Positions 62,555 through 64,000 of a DNA stretch of 64,000 nt are shown here, in pieces. The notes below the pieces were generated by a model. The model was not told the DNA's origin, ran no database searches, and was given only the letters and a program-made list of their open reading frames with translations. The stretch covers positions 573,393 to 637,392 of the forward strand of contig JAKLDG010000001.1 of NCBI GenBank assembly GCA_022703645.1, written 5' to 3'. The DNA is from Patescibacteria group bacterium (lineage in GTDB: Bacteria > Patescibacteriota > JACPGU01). A program made the translations under genes and the position numbers. Position 1 is the first letter of the stretch. Every line of letters begins with the position of its first letter.

Positions 62555-64000
62555 CTACTCAAAATGTTGAATTATATTTATCTCTTTTATTTTTAAAAAT
62601 ATTTTATCATATTTTTCTATTCCTTCATTCACTATTTTTTGCGCCTCATCGCGCGCAATTTTAATCAAGGATTGATCCCAGATATTTGCGACTTTGAGAA
62701 TCGGGAAACCAGATTGCTCTGCTCCCCAGAATTCTCCCGGTCCTCGGTTTTTCAAATCGAATTCTGACAATTCAAATCCCGATGTAATCTGCGCAAATTT
62801 TTTCAAGCGTTCAATGGCCTCCGGGTTTTTGCTTTCAGAAAATACCAAGCAATATGATTGTCTCGTCCCCCTGCCAACACGTCCTCTGAATTGATGCAAT
62901 TGGGCCAATCCAAAACGATCCGCATTTTCGATTAACATAATATTTGCATTCGGAATATCTACACCTACCTCAATTACGGAAGTTGAAACTAATATCTGAA
63001 TCTTGCCCAATTTAAAATCCTGCATGATTTTTTCTTTTTCTTCACTCTTCATTTTCCCATGTAAAAATTCTATTTTAAACTTTGGAAATATTTTTTTTAG
63101 TTTTGCCGTTTCGGCAATAACAGTTTTACGATCATCGGGCATGGGCAATTCATGAATTGCCCCTACGGAATCCGAATTATTGTTTTGCTGATTTTTTGTT
63201 TTATTGCTTTCTTGTATCAGCGGACACACTACAAATACTTGCCCACCGTCTTTTACCTTTTCTGAAATAAACTCATAAGCTTTCTTTCTTTTCGCTCCTT
63301 CCACAAAACGTGATACAATCGGTTTGCGGTTTTTTGGCAATTCATCAATTACTGAGATATCTAGATCTCCATAAAGCGTAAGAGCTAATGATCTCGGGAT
63401 GGGCGTAGCCGTCATAGAAAGAAAATGCGGGTTCATTCCCTTCAACCCAGATTTATCTTTTATTTTTTTTCTTTGCTCAACACCAAACCTATGCTGTTCA
63501 TCAACAATAGCTAACCCAACTTTCTTATATTTTATTTTTTCACTAAATAGCGCGTGCGTCCCAATATAAATATCGTACTCGCCTTCTAACAACGATTTTT
63601 TCTCATCGCGATCCGTACAATCTAGAACTTGCCCGTCAATCGCGAATGACATTTTTGAGTTCGTAAATAAGGATATGTTTAGACTAAAATCCTTTAACAG
63701 TTTCGAAAATGTTTCAAAATGTTGACACGCTAATATTTCAGTTGGCGCCATAATCGCTACCTGATATCCTGAATTGCAAGTAATCAAAGATGCTATTGCC
63801 GCGACGAGAGTTTTACCACTTCCCACATCCCCCTCTATCAATCTATTCATTGGCCTTTCTTTCTCGAGATCTTTTAGAATTTCCCAAATAGACCTTTTCT
63901 GCGCACCTGTCAATTCATATGGTAAGGTTTTGATAAAACTTTTTACTAAATTAATATCTGCGTTAATTTTCGGCGCCTTAAACTTCGCCAATTCTTTTTT
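62555..64000 (-). CDS. recG: ATP-dependent DNA helicase RecG, C-terminal ~480 codons (5' end beyond window)
   Basis: [34 protein letters not shown]; frame stays open from 63991 to 64000. Confidence 0.85.
   Translation of the reverse strand, partial: KKELAKFKAPKINADINLVKSFIKTLPYELTGAQKRSIWEILKDLEKERPMNRLIEGDVGSGKTLVAAIASLITCNSGYQVAIMAPTEILACQHFETFSKLLKDFSLNISLFTNSKMSFAIDGQVLDCTDRDEKKSLLEGEYDIYIGTHALFSEKIKYKKVGLAIVDEQHRFGVEQRKKIKDKSGLKGMNPHFLSMTATPIPRSLALTLYGDLDISVIDELPKNRKPIVSRFVEGAKRKKAYEFISEKVKDGGQVFVVCPLIQESNKTKNQQNNNSDSVGAIHELPMPDDRKTVIAETAKLKKIFPKFKIEFLHGKMKSEEKEKIMQDFKLGKIQILVSTSVIEVGVDIPNANIMLIENADRFGLAQLHQFRGRVGRGTRQSYCLVFSESKNPEAIERLKKFAQITSGFELSEFDLKNRGPGEFWGAEQSGFPILKVANIWDQSLIKIARDEAQKIVNEGIEKYDKIFLKIKEINIIQHFE

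Overview
AT-rich bacterial chromosomal segment with strong Shine-Dalgarno usage and frequent GTG/TTG starts. Giant surface proteins and expanded rRNA genes suggest a Patescibacteria/CPR-like organism; that is inference, since no search could be run. Layout: (1) 1-4537, N-terminal part of a giant repeat-rich surface protein on the minus strand, which the ORF track misses because its stop lies outside the window. (2) 5076-11813, minus-strand housekeeping and DNA-repair genes (glyQS, recO, mutM, three hypotheticals, family-4 UDG, DnaQ-like exonuclease, stand-alone LigD-type phosphoesterase). (3) 11843-18127, a complete minus-strand rRNA operon (16S, tRNA-Ile, a small membrane-protein ORF, tRNA-Ala, 23S, 5S); the 23S is about 3.2 kb with two AT-rich insertions. 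(4) 18409-31179, housekeeping genes (MFS transporter, clpP, gmd, tig, murB, a TrmB-like regulator with a GapN-like/PfkB/FBA/TPI cluster, FmdB-like zinc ribbon, trxA, DUF1385). (5) about 31200-45750, an accessory island: a four-gene operon built around an 801-aa protein with a C-terminal Mrr-type PD-(D/E)xK nuclease fold (my top candidate for an undescribed defence system), a DUF1508 gene, an R-M-like triad (small PD-(D/E)xK protein, N6-adenine MTase, DUF262-HNH), and a phage-derived module (ParB-MTase fusion, terminase small and large subunits, large serine recombinase). (6) 45777-51730, a TetR gene with promoter and palindromic operator, small peptides, membrane protein/GT2/patatin/GNAT operon, tRNA-Leu(TAG), comEA, rsmD, a decayed HAD gene. 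(7) 52078-62495, a multi-TM sensor-like membrane protein and a 2888-aa adhesin. (8) 62555-64000, recG, with its 5' end outside the window. No CRISPR array and no cas genes were seen. All family assignments rest on motifs read by eye; no database search was run.
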